A stretch of 64,000 nt of DNA. It comes from Podarcis filfolensis. Its lineage: Eukaryota. The notes beneath the pieces are model-generated. The model saw only the letters and a program-made list of their open reading frames with translations, ran no database searches and had not been told where the DNA came from. Shown here one piece after another: positions 37,080-49,305 of the stretch. The stretch lies in assembly GCA_964270895.1 (NCBI GenBank), contig OZ185444.1. One strand, given 5' to 3'. Numbering within the stretch: position 1 is the first letter of the stretch; every line of letters starts with the position of its first letter. The position numbers were made by a program, and so were the translations under genes.

Positions 37080-37697
37080 CTATATAGGTTGCATGGCATA
37101 ACATGTGATGCAGATGAATCCAATGATGATGATCACAAGATGGTGGTAGAATTCCATGGTGAAGACACATGAACAGGAAGAATGGGAAATGAAGAAAGAA
37201 AGAGGAAGAATGACATGGTGGTGAAATGAAGAAATAGTTGTACACAATAGTAACAATGAGCGTGAGACTACTCCTTAAAATTCACCTGCCTTTACAGTTA
37301 ACTAAACTGCTGTTTAGAAATATGTTTTATTGTCTTATATCCTTCTTTCCTTCACATAAGCCTATGTGAAGTGAATGTGATTTGCTTAAAAATACTAGAA
37401 TATTTGACACTGAAAGCTTTGGCCTGCACACTCCTAAATGTTTAGGAGCAGGCAATGCTTTCAGAAACAAGTACAATATTGGAAGTATACCCTGGACTAG
37501 AGACAGCCAGCTATTCTATCTGGTTAAAATATGTGTAAGCAACATAATGTATGTAACCAGCATATTACTGTTGCCAAACCCTAGCAGGCAGTACCATAAG
37601 TAACATTTGCTGTATGAGATTGTGCTTTTGAAATGATTTCTGCCATTTATTATTATTTTTAAATGAAACATATTAAGAATTAATTATATTTAAAAAG

Positions 37698-37698
37698 T

Positions 37699-37754
<56 letters not shown>

Positions 37755-37756
37755 TT
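37698..37756. repeat. (TTTC)n microsatellite
   Basis: Direct reading. Confidence 0.95.
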
Positions 37757-38327
37757 ACAAAAGACTGCCTGTGTTTTTCTACTTTTAGCTTACATTGCTG
37801 TTATGTTTCAAAAACTATTTCCAAGATACGGAGGACTGGAATGGAAAGAATAAAGTTTCGTAATTTTAACAGCTCATAGACAAAGCGACACTTGCTCAGA
37901 GCGCATGTGATCCACAGACCACAAGTGACCCACATTGCTGTTTTAGACACTGTACCACAGGCTTTTAGGGGGTCTTAGCACTGACACCCTTCCCTGCACG
38001 TTCCAAGCAAAGTGCATGTAGATGAAAGAACTGGCCCACTGCTTCAGCAAATAGTTGTTAGTAGTCTTCCATCCACCTCATGGGATACCCCAACACAGAC
38101 CACATATATGAGCTGACACAGTTGACAGTGTTATTAAACCTTGCCAGTATATTCCAGGGTGTCTCAATAAAGGTGAAATGGAAGCTGGCGAATAGATTCT
38201 CAGTGCCAACAGGGTGACAATGTCTCTGGATTGTGCTAAATTGCATTCGTATGTGTGATTCCTTCATCCAAGCCCAGTGGCTGCAAAATTTGTGTGCTGT
38301 GAGGTGGCTGCATTCCCACATACTCAC

Positions 38328-38383
38328 CATCTGCCAAATTGTCTGTGTGCCAGAAGCCAGATATGTTGAACTCCAGAAAGAAT
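38328..38383 (-). CDS. CACNA2D4: CACNA2D4 exon (FFLEFNISGFWHTDNLAD), 56 nt
   Basis: cttttgacag| and G|gtgagt sites; aligns to FLLEWSVWGSW-like segment; phases fit both neighbours. Confidence 0.9.
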
Positions 38384-38879
38384 CTGTCAAAAGATTGGGG
38401 GGGGGGAGAAAAAGATGTATTTTACGCTAGCCTGGAAGGGCAAAGGTGTTACGCAGGCAGACAGTCCCTGTGATTTGCTCTACTCTGAGCTTTTAGTCTG
38501 TAGGAGCAGCCTAGAACTTGCCTTGCTGTTTCTTTTTAGTTCATACCTGAGCCAGTTACTTTAAATCTCCCTTTGTTACTTTTCAGAATGGTTAATTGTG
38601 CTTTAATCCTACAATAAATTACTAGCAATTCCTGTGGCAAGGCTGTCATTAACACTGTGCTCCTTGTGGCTGGGAGGGAAATATACTCGGTCACCTTGAA
38701 AGCCATCTGCTCCACAACGGTGGACGCTGGTATTCAGTGCCCAGCAACAGCTGTGGAGTGTGCCTAGCAAGTTAATCTCTATGAAGAATCTTGGAACATG
38801 GCCCTTGTCTCAAGTTCAAAGGTGTTTGAATCTAACACTCCAGTCTCTGCCTAGTATAATCATTGATCTCCACTGTACT

Positions 38880-39300
38880 ACCAAGGAGGCGCTGCTGGTA
38901 GTCCCTTCATTGAGTACTTTCTAAGGTGGGGGGCACAACACACAGTAAAGCCTTCTTGGTGGTGGCTTCCCATTTATGCAACTCCTTCCCACTGCATGTT
39001 TGGTTGTCTTCTACTTTCTGTTTATTCACATGGCAGCTTAAAATATTATCTATTGTTATAGGCTTACAAAACATAGCAGCGGAAGCCTTGTTTGTTAAGC
39101 TCTACTGCGCTGCTGACTTTTAAATGTTGTTTAATGGTATTTTATGGTTATATTTTTGTTCAGTTTATTTTTAACAGCCATTTGCTGGGTGTGTTTATTT
39201 ATTTTTTAATGTGCCGACAGCCATTCCAAGTTCTACATGAGGCGGAGCATGGTATCTACAATTTATGTTGGAAAACTGCTTGTTCTCTATATATTTGGAC
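38880..39300 (+). mobile_element. Degraded L2 3' end
   Basis: aaagccttcttggtggtggcttcccatttatgcaactcc resembles the RAFSVVAP-LWNSLP end of L2 ORF2, followed by an AT-rich tail. Confidence 0.55.
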
Positions 39301-40899
39301 GCCTTAATATATCATAACCAAATTAAGCATGATCAAAGGCCAGGTTTTAACCTATGTTTGTATGCAATTGGGCCTCATTTTGAATCAAGATGGAAAACCA
39401 AACCTTTCAAAGGTGCACTGTGTTAGCCATTGATCACAAAATGACGCCGATTTTGGGGATTTCTGAGAACTTCCAAGCAATGCTGGGTATGAGGTTGTTA
39501 GTAACAAATATATTAATAATAAAATATCAAACATACTCATGAATCTGCCTTTCTTCCTGAAGCCCCACCTCCCACAATGTGTCACCTTGGCAGAGATGGC
39601 AAGTTAGGTCTACTCCATTAACATATTTTCCTAATAGGAACAGGATTGTCCCCCCTTTATGTTTTCAACAGAGCAAATTATTCAAGTTCATTAGAATTTG
39701 AGAAGGGAAGGGTAAGCCTGATACTTGTTGATTTACATCCATGTAGATACTCACACTTTGTTGATTTACATCCACGTGGTAGAACATAAAAGTGTTAATG
39801 TTAGTGACATTGGCTCACTAACACAAAAAACTCTTCCCCAGGGAAAAATGCATCATTTCTGGGCAAGCAAGTGCCTGTGCCTGCCTTCTGTTTATGATAT
39901 CGGAGTTCCTGCTCCCCAGTGCAGCTTCTTTCCCACACTTAACAGCCTTAAATAAGCAGGTTTGCATATTATGGACTTCCACTTGAAATCAGGAACTCTG
40001 GACCCCTTTACTGGCCCTGTTATATACGTTGCACTGCTATGATTTTGTACAAATCGGTTCCCCATGTTTTCGCAACTGGAAGGTGGAAATAATTAAACTG
40101 CCTACTTGATAATGCTGCTGGAAGCCTCTTGGGTACCACAGGAATGAAGGCATGACACAAATGCCTCTGCTTCATACGATGGCAGGATTTTTCCTCTTAG
40201 AGCTCTAATGCACTAATTCCATGCATGTGTGTGGTGCTTGCAAATCACATGGCTTGTATGCTCAAGCCATTCTCCTTCTTCATGTAGTCTTTATCTCGAA
40301 CTGGAGAATTTTCAAGGTCAGCACAAGCAGCAGACTCCACCCAAGAAAAAGATGCAGAAACATGGTAGCATCTTCTGTGGTGTGCGTGTGTCTCTGTTTC
40401 CTGTGCTTCTTGTATTTGTGCTACAAAGCATTGAACCAGAAGTGAAGGAGGCTCACGTGCAGATATTCTCTTACTAAAATAGGGCCCAGATGTTTTATTA
40501 AACAGGCCCAGTGGCACAATTTTGTCTCTGTTAATGTGACTCATCTGACACTTCCATCCTATGAACTGAAATCTCCCTTTTACCTGATTATTCCATTGTG
40601 ATGCACTGGCTTTGGTACTCATTGCTACAACACGGGTGGGAGTTAAAGACATTTCTACAACGCAAATCTGTATTGGATTTACTGGCACTGTCTCACCAAA
40701 ATAATTATGGAAGTTATCTTGCTGGGAACTCTGTAAATGACTCCTAACCTTTCAAAGAATTATAGTTCCCTAGGGAGAGGGAATGACTATTAAAACAAGT
40801 TTGTGGCTGCAGACACACTAACCCATTTGCTGCACAAAAATGCAGTTTTTCTCAGTCTGGAATGGTTCATGCTTATGCTCAACATGCTGCTTTCAACAC

Positions 40900-41048
40900 G
40901 TGGGATAACTCAGTCAGTAGAGCATGAGACTCTTAATCTCAGGGTTGTGGGATCAGGCTCCATGTTAGGCAAAAGATTCCAGCATTGTAGGGGGTTGGAC
41001 TAGATGATCCTCGTGGTTCCTTTCAACCCTACATTTCTATGATTCTAG
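40900..41048 (+). mobile_element. SINE with tRNA-Lys(CTT)-derived head and CR1-derived 3' tail
   Basis: Head tagagcatgagactcttaatctcaggg matches tRNA-Lys-CTT; tail ggggttggactagatga...attctatgattcta matches the CR1 3' end. Confidence 0.85.
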
Positions 41049-41539
41049 ATTGATTTAATTTCCTGCTGGCCACAAGGGTAGATGTGGTTACTTGGTACAC
41101 ATCTCAAAACCCTTCATGCCCTTTCCTCCCTGCATATGTCCCAGATGAATGAAGAAGCAGTGATTGCGATTTTGGTATACACCCACTCACAACATCATTG
41201 GAAATATGTGCATACACATACATGCACACACCAGCATCTGTTTTCAAATGGACACACTGTGGGGTTATGCAGAATCAATATACAAGGAACTTTTATTTTC
41301 TGAATGAAACTGGTTTCTCAATAAGTGCTTTTCAGGGACCAGAAATATGCAATACATGGTCCATATTGTGTGCGGACTACATAGAAAAAACAAGTATTTG
41401 TTCTCCATTGATTTTAGAATAAAATGTAGTATGTAAGTAGCCTGCCTGTAGAAACAGGTGTGTCCTAGGTTTCATGGAACTGGAAATCCATTGATGTCTC
41501 TCAATACTACATTTTGGAATAACAGGACTATCTATAGGT

Positions 41540-41812
41540 GCTCCAGAGAAGCGGACACGGAGCAATGGTTCCAAACTACAAGAAAGAAGATTCCACCTAA
41601 ACATTAGGAAGAACTTCCTGACAGTAAGAGCTGTTCGACAGTGGAATTTGCTGCCAAGGAGTGTGGTGGAGTCTCCTTCTTTGGAGGTCTTTAAGCAGAG
41701 GCTTGACAACCATATGTCAGGAGTGCTCTGATGGTGTTTCCTGCTTGGCAGGGGGTTGGACTCGATGGCCCTTGTAGTCTCTTCCAACTCTATGATTCTA
41801 TGATTCTATGAT
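41540..41812 (+). mobile_element. CR1 3' end with (ATTCTATG)n tail
   Basis: aacattaggaagaacttcctgacagtaagagctgttcgacagtgg...ccaactctatgattctatgattctatg. Confidence 0.93.
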
Positions 41813-42100
41813 ATATAGTGACTGCAACTTTTCCAGCTTCTGCTTCTAAAAGTTAGGACTGTCAATTGCTTCAGGACTGTTTTGAATATTTTCTTGTTTA
41901 TTCACTATTATAGTCACATACCAGAATTCAAAAAAATGCTTGTGCCAGTAACATCAAGCCCCACCAATTTAAATTTCCTCAAACCTATTAACGAACACAA
42001 GCATTAGTTGATTAATACACTGATGTAAATGTACTAAAGCTTGCAGGTATAGTTTCTACTTCTAATGATATTTCCCTCCAGAACTCCAAAATGTACTCAC

Positions 42101-42153
42101 ATGAGGAAGTCAGTTATCAGCCACTTTAGTGCTCCCAATAAGGCATAAACTGG
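42101..42153 (-). CDS. CACNA2D4: CACNA2D4 exon (PVYALLGALKWLITDFL), 53 nt
   Basis: ttctttttcaacag| and AT|gtgagt sites; phases fit both neighbours. Confidence 0.88.
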
Positions 42154-45100
42154 CTGTTGAAAAAGAAGAAAGCCAAAGAAGAGGAGTATTTTACAGAGCC
42201 CACAATTCCAGAAGCCAATCTACAAATTAGGAGGCAGATTCTAAGAAGCAGCAGTATGCATACAAGTCAGCCTACTACCAATAATAATTCTGAACCTCAT
42301 CATTGGAAAGGTCGGAAAGCTTATCGGGAATTCGCATGAGTCTTTGAAGACATAATTACTTAACTGGCTCTCTTCAACCGTAATAGCCTAAATAGCTCGT
42401 AGAAAGAAAGAGCTAAAGCTATTTGTGCGACTAAAACTTTAGAAAACATTTTTGTTCTAACGGTGGAAAATAAATTGTGTTTCCACTTCAAACTGTAAGC
42501 AAAAGCAAAACACCACACAAACCTTGTTAGTAGGAGTGCCTAATGCAACAAGGCCTCTAGCATATAAACTGGTAGGTGCTACACAATGCAGAACACTTTT
42601 AATATTAGGGGATTTTTAGTCCTCATGATCATGCTGAAAATGTGGATAGTCTCATCTGAAGGATTTAGGCAACTCTGCTTTGGAGCAAAGGTATTATTTT
42701 TCTTTTGTCGGAATATGACATGTGAGGTATACTTGCATATCTTAATTCTAATAACATTCTCAACTACAGTGTTGTATGAACTCAAAGCTATATCTGAGTA
42801 GAAACCTAATAAGGTCAAAGGTTCAGTCTGTATTTTTTGTTCTCTCCATTAGTGCTTTCTTCTTATAAACAACAATGGTGACGTTTCCAGGGATTACTTT
42901 TTTGTTTCATTCTGTCAGGCGAGCTAGTTTCCAAACAGCAGGGAGAGGGAACCTGTGGCCCTCCAGATATTGGACTGGAGAAGACATGGGATTTTAGCTG
43001 TTATATTTCCAGTTTCTTGCGACGAAAAGGTGGGCAAATGGGCAGAATGGCTGGCGCGGCTGCATCTTGAGCAGCAAACCACGCCCCCACCAAGCCGCCC
43101 GGTTGGGTGCTCAACCGGGGGCGTGGCGCGCCAGCCATGTGAGTGGGGCAGGGGGCATAATGCCCCCTTCGTGACGCAGGAATTGCATCCCGCCCACAAC
43201 ACCTCCCCTCTGGGAGGAGGAGAGGCCTTCTCATGACCATCATTCCAACTCCCCCCCCCCTTTTTTAAATGTCTGCTCATCTCCAGCTCTCCTCACAATT
43301 TGTTTATTTATATGATTTATGAGTTAATTTCCATGCTTTTGTACATGCTCAAAGCAACATTCAAAACATTTCTTAAAGCACCTCATTAAAGTTATATAAA
43401 CAAACAGACATGATAGAGTGAGATTCATAAAACGATGAATGAATTAATGATGAAAGCTATTGGACTGATATCCTTGTCTTTTGACAAAAAGGTACCAAAA
43501 CATAATTTTAAAAGAAACGATGAGTTACTCAACCAAATTAGGTATGCCTCATTTGCATAGTTTTATTGTATGTTTTGAATTTGAATGTTTTGGTTTTAGA
43601 ATATGGAGGGTTTTCTGCAGCATTTTAAGATCCCTTTGGCCAAGTGCTTGTCAGGTGGAGTGGCAAGATCAGAAGAGCAAGGCTGGGCTAGATGAACCTT
43701 AGCAGGAACCATGGTCAAGCATTTTGCTGCTCTAACCAGACACAAGCCTCTCCATGAAACTTTAATAAGTAGTAGGACCCCTCCAGATGCGTGGTTTTTT
43801 TTTGGGGGGGGCTATATTCTGTACTATGCCAATGACACAGCAATACTGCATTAGTGGTGGGCTTATACTGGACCATCTACACATCATTCTGCTTTATTAC
43901 TGGTTCTCTAATGCTTCCCCAGCATTACCAAACATCACTGCTATCTGGATGAGCACTCTTGCACTATAGTGCAGCAAAAGCGAGACACCCCGGAACACTT
44001 GTACTGTAGTATAAAAAAAGTTACAGAATTTCAATAGGAAACTAGGGGACATGCACCAACAGGGAATGAAGCAGTATGTCCATCCCAAAACTTTTACCAC
44101 AAACAGTATTGTAAATGGGATCATGCATATCACCACCCCAATACAATGAGAAGCAGAAATAATTCTGGATGCACAATAAAAAGGATGTCTGAAGAAGCCT
44201 TTAGGCTTTGCCATATGATCAATTCTGACATTTTGATGTTTAAGAAAGGCTTGCCTTTACTGGGTTTCTTAGTTTTACTTGCTGGTGACAAGCTAAACCA
44301 CTGCCTACCATATTTAAGGTGCCAGGTTCAGGACCTGTGGTGAGCTTATATTGTTTTTACTAAAAGCACTACATTTTCACATATCCACCCATCTCTCCTT
44401 CAAAGGACAAGGCTAAATCTCCTAAAGGACTAGAGCTAGCATGGGTGATAAAAAGCCTTTTGATTTGCAGTACCAGTCCAGCTGTAATTAGTGAGTGTTT
44501 CCCTATTTAGTTAATACAAATTTAATTATGTAATGCCAGACACAACTACTTAGTTAATCCAACTCTAACAAACAAATCCTATTCTGATCAATTAAAGGTG
44601 CCACAACCTGAAACTTTCCTGGCACAGAACTAGTAGACAGCAACGATTTCATATAGCCAAAATTGGCCCCAGAGTGCTCCAATGCAGGATTAATTCAGAG
44701 TTAATTTTGATTACTGGTGAAAGATGCAGCAGGCATAAATTGAGATTGGGGGGGGGGGGAGAAAAGGAAGGAAAAGTTCAGCAACTTTCCATCCCTAGAA
44801 TGCATTCTGGTATCTTCCATCTTTTCCAAATTAATACACATGTACTGCTATTTGGTCAATACATGTAGCATGAAACAGATCCTAGGATCAATTGCAGAAT
44901 GATGGGTCAATTTTTACCTGTGCCTTTCCCCATTGAATTTTGGAATTGTTTTGCTTGGTCTGCTGACTCCAGCTAAATGCATGTGTGAAACAGAGTGGAA
45001 ATTACTTAATTTGGGAAAGGAAAATTGGAGATGGCTAATTGGTTGCAGGATCAGAAATATATTCTCACTATGCAAGTGCCACATTTTTCTGAGCACACAG

Positions 45101-45735
45101 GCTGTAGGTGAAGGACAAAAAGTGGCACTGGGAATCTACTGTTTCCCTGTGGCATCCAGCTCTTTTGTGAAACCTTGAGTGTCCCTTCTCACAGAATAGC
45201 AGCACTCTGGACTTGGATGTTTAAAAAAATGACCACCAAAAGGATTTTAATCATCATCTTTGTTGTGACACCAGCAAAAAGATATTAGTGAAAAACCAGG
45301 AAATCTCCTGTCCTGTAATAAACAATTAAAATCCCCTTCCCAGTCTGCCTTCACTGGCGTCATCAGATGAGTGACGTAATTGTGTCCAGCCCCCACAATC
45401 AGAGTACATGGAGAAGAGGACATGAGGGCAGACGTGCCTTGGCTTCTTCTTCTGTCCTTGCATAGTCCTCAAATAAGAGCACAGGAAAAGCAATCAGGCT
45501 TGTAGCAAAGACAAGGATGATAAGCACGATTCCGCCCTCAGTGTAATCAGCAGGGGAAGCAAAGGCACTTCTGCCCTCACACCGCTCTCTGCTGCACCCC
45601 ATGCCTGGCAACGATGGTGAGGCATGGGATGGTCTCACCCTGGAGCAGAATGACTTAAAGAATGGGACCAATGCTGCTCTAATATATTTTATTCCGTGTT
45701 TTATGTATTATGTAGAAACGCTTACAGATACTTAC

Positions 45736-45811
45736 ACTGAGAAGAGGGCGTGCGCCACTATGGTGGTGGTGGGGCATTTTACACATGGCTTGGTAATCGT
45801 ACATTTTCACC
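45736..45811 (-). CDS. CACNA2D4: CACNA2D4 exon (VKMYDYQAMCKMPHHHHSGARPLLS), 76 nt
   Basis: ttttttgcag| and AGT|gtaagt sites; MYDYQAMC motif. Confidence 0.95.
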
Positions 45812-45924
45812 CTGCAAAAAAAAAACATTAAAAACTGACAAGTGGGCCAATGTGTTCAACACACCAGCTTAGCCCAAGAGTCCACCAGTCTGCCTAGCCC
45901 ACTACTGTGCACTCTGATTGTATA

Positions 45925-46080
45925 GTGGTGCAACGGAACACTGTGGCGCCAGAAGCAGTTTAGTCATGCTGGCCACATGACTTGGAAACACCGGCTCCTT
46001 CGGCCTGAAGCGAGATGAGCGCCACAGTCCATAGTCGCCTTTGACTGGACTTAACTCTCCAGGGGTCCTTTACCTTTTTT
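45925..46080 (+). mobile_element. Diverged 3' fragment of a Sauria SINE
   Basis: tagtcatgctggccacatgac...gactggacttaa...ggggtcctttacctttt. Confidence 0.85.
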
Positions 46081-47485
46081 AATTCTGATTGAAGGTGACT
46101 TTCAAAGGTCTAGCAGTCGTTTTGCCCAGGTCTGCTATGTGAGATTTTTAGTGGACATGCCAGGAACTGCACCTGAGATTTTCTGCATGCAAAACATGTG
46201 CTCTGTCACATGCCCTTTGCTCAACATAGCTGCAGACACATTCATTTGTCCTGCATGAATTCTAGCCTGGATCTGTCTTCAGACAGGGAACAGCCATATA
46301 TCCTCATCCTAATAATTTAGTTTAGTTTGTGCTTAGCATTGGATGTTTCACAACAAGATCTACTCCCATACAGTGTTTGATTGACTATGTGGTATCTGAC
46401 GAAGAAACTTCTTACTGATGTCACAATATGCCCCTACCCTATGAAAACTTTGTATGCGATTTACTCGAGTTACCTCAGCTGCTATTTTTACTCATGCCAT
46501 GGTCCTGAAAGCTGTTTCTGGACAGGTTAGTGCTCTTCCAGACACATTTGGCTGGGCTCTCAGATTTCTTTATGCCATTTGTGTCTGACTCTGCATCCCT
46601 CTGTATCCTACATCAGCAATGTGGGAACTGCTTCGGAACACATGGACATAGGAAACTCCTTTACACCATGTCAGATCATTTTGCTCATCATTGTCTGCAC
46701 TGACTGACAGCAGCTCTCCAGAGTTTTACACATAAGTTTTCACCAGAGAAGCCAGGGGTTTAACCTAGAACCTTTGCATATGAAACATGTGCTCTACCGA
46801 TGAGCTGCAGATAATGTTTGAAAGCCTATGCCCTGTACTATGCTGTATAGGGAAACATCGGATGGGAATAGCAAGCACAGTTAGCTTTGCTCACATGGTT
46901 CTGGGCTCCCATGCTGTTCTAGTAACATGTAAGGGCCTCCAAGCCAGGAACATAAACAGCCTAGATGAAGCCACATGAAATTGTATTGCTACACAGTAAT
47001 GTAATGTTACTTCTGACATTTAAAAAAGGATATGTACCTGTATTTTTGTGTATTTGTTTGTTTGTTATCTTTCAACATGCATTCATAGAACACAAGCAGG
47101 GAAATGAAGATAGGTAACATTTTGCATTCATTCACATTGTGCACAAACTGTGTGACAGTGGATATAATCAGGAGTGATTCCTGTTACTGCAGCAATGCTT
47201 TTTTTTGGCTGCTGCAATCATAGAATCGGTACTGGCTGCACCCATTATTATGCAGTTCACACATTACATTTGCCTATGTGAGCATGTACCTGGAGATTCT
47301 TGAATCTTTCTATGGATAACAAATGGGAATAAGTCCTAACAACTGAGGCAATATTCCACACCCCACTGTCTTCACTCTCTTTTTTAATGTTTAGCTGTGA
47401 TAATTCTCAATGGGGATAAGGCATTTTGCTTCAACCAGGCTCTTCTCTGAAAGGAAATCAATACAGAGGAGATAGTAATACTTAC

Positions 47486-47556
47486 TGTTTGAACATTCCC
47501 ATGCTTATAAGCTGGGTCATAACAGAGCCATCCACTTCTCCCAAAAATTTGCTGGT
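47486..47556 (-). CDS. CACNA2D4: CACNA2D4 exon (TSKFLGEVDGSVMTQLISMGMFK), 71 nt
   Basis: cttgcag| and CA|gtaagt sites; FLGEVDG motif. Confidence 0.95.
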
Positions 47557-47919
47557 CTGCAAGCACAGGGAGATAAAGAGAGAAAAAAGCAGAAACTATA
47601 GATAAACCTCCTCAGCTTTTTATCAGTCCAGCTAATCCATCCCCACTGCGAGTTTGAAATCCTATACTTTATATTGCCACTATCATAAAACAAGCCCTTT
47701 AAGCAGGCGGTGCTCTGCTATGTCCTCAGGCTGTTTAGCAAAGAGGGGTTTAGAGAAGTGTGTTGCGCCATGGTCAGTAAAAATGAAATGCAAATCTTAG
47801 CTCAGCCATGCACTCACCACGTGGCCTTAGACAAGTCATCATTTCTCAGCTTATCATATAAACTATGGGGATAGTAATACAGTACAGGCGTACTATATGG
47901 TATGTTGTTGTAAGGATGA

Positions 47920-48138
47920 AGCAGTGCCCGCTATCCATGAAGACAGTGGGTTCCAATGAGATCTTGATGAGATCTCGCAAGGTTTTGGTGAGATCTCGCT
48001 GGAAGCTGCCACTGCTGCTTCTCTGCCACTGGCAGTGGTTGGCGGGGTGAGCAGGGTGCCTGCAATGGGTGCCACCTCTTGGACTTCTGCTGCCTTAGGC
48101 TGCTGCCTCAACCCACCTGATGGGTGAGCCGGCCCTGG
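47920..48138. mobile_element. Degraded DNA-transposon fragment
   Basis: Repeated gagatct motifs and terminal gccggccctg resembling hAT-type ends. Confidence 0.45.
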
Positions 48139-48534
48139 CTGGAATGTAGCCTATTGTGCAAGAGTCACTTTCATTGCTGCACCCACTATTACCTCTAGGC
48201 CTGTCCAATGCTGGCATGCAGCCTCTAGAAAGTTGACCATGAGGTAATGTAGCCTGGCTTAAAAGAAGATAAAACTCAACCCTGAGTTCCTTATTGGAAA
48301 GGTAGGGTGCAATTATAGTTAATAAATATAATTATCTTGGGAGATTCACAAATTTGCACGAAGTCTGAAAAGTGATTAGTGCACATATTCACTGTTCTTT
48401 TGGGGGAATACCTGAAGTCCTCTTGCTTAAGCCTTAACAAAAGAAATCTGCAGACTTGTCCAATTTGCTCCTCCTTGCCCCCCAGCTCTATAAATAGGCC
48501 TCTACTTTATAAGAAAGCACAGAAAACTTTTTAC

Positions 48535-48597
48535 CTGTTTGGAGGCTTTGGAAACAAGTATGAATCCATTATTATCGATGAGAAAGCAGTTCAGATT
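48535..48597 (-). CDS. CACNA2D4: CACNA2D4 exon (NLNCFLIDNNGFILVSKASKQ), 63 nt
   Basis: ttttctcttcag| and CAG|gtaaaa sites; IDNNGFIL motif. Confidence 0.95.
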
Positions 48598-49268
48598 CTG
48601 AAGAGAAAAAAAGAATGAGGAAGGAATTTCAGCTATAGAGAAGACAATATTGCCTAGTATGAAAGCTTCTGCCTTACCCTGTGAGCTGCTATGATTCTGC
48701 TCCCACAGTTCTAGTGGTCTTATGTAAGGCATTGCCATTAACTCTGCCTCTGGTTTGCTCCCACCACTGGCTTTTGAATCCATGTACACACAATGTTACC
48801 CACAACAGAAAGCTAACCACTTAGAGATTTCTAAACTTAATTTTATTGTTTTACAATCAAGCAGTATATAAATTTTGTTAAATAAATCAGATAAATCCTG
48901 TAGTTTCCTGAGAAATACGACTGTTTGATGTGTTTCCCCATAGACTGCCATTAATCTGAAAGGAAACTTACGCCACATTCGTTTTGCAATTAAGTTGAGC
49001 TGTGTACACTTGAGACATCTATTATTATTATGTATTAAATTTGCATATTGCCATATACTCATAGATCTCAGGGCAATTACAATATAAAAAGCACAAAATA
49101 CATAACAAAAACTAAAAGCAGCCCAATAATCTCCCCCTATTGCACATGCACAGATGAGTTTCATGAATAGGAGCTTGGGGAAGTGCTATAGGGGCAGGTC
49201 TTCACGTTGGGTGAAGACATCCCTGTCCCCTCTGTGGTGTGTACAACAATCAGCAAATGTGACTTGAC

Positions 49269-49273
<5 letters not shown>

Positions 49274-49304
<31 letters not shown>
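49274..49304. repeat. (GT)n microsatellite
   Basis: Direct reading. Confidence 0.95.

Positions 49305-49305
<1 letters not shown>

Noticed and set aside
40900-40972. Possible tRNA-Lys gene
   Set aside because: Acceptor stem and T-arm are mutated and the sequence is fused to a CR1 tail, so it is a SINE
45399-45671. 90-aa - strand ORF with a hydrophobic stretch (GGIVLIILVFATSLIAFPVLLF)
   Set aside because: No splice sites compatible with CACNA2D4, no recognised homology, and the CACNA2D4 frame is complete without it
48678-48710. Possible 33-nt in-frame cassette exon (NCGSRIIAAHR) with donor AGG|gtaagg
   Set aside because: Acceptor lacks a pyrimidine tract and the peptide has no alpha2delta counterpart; RNA-seq junctions would be needed to revive it
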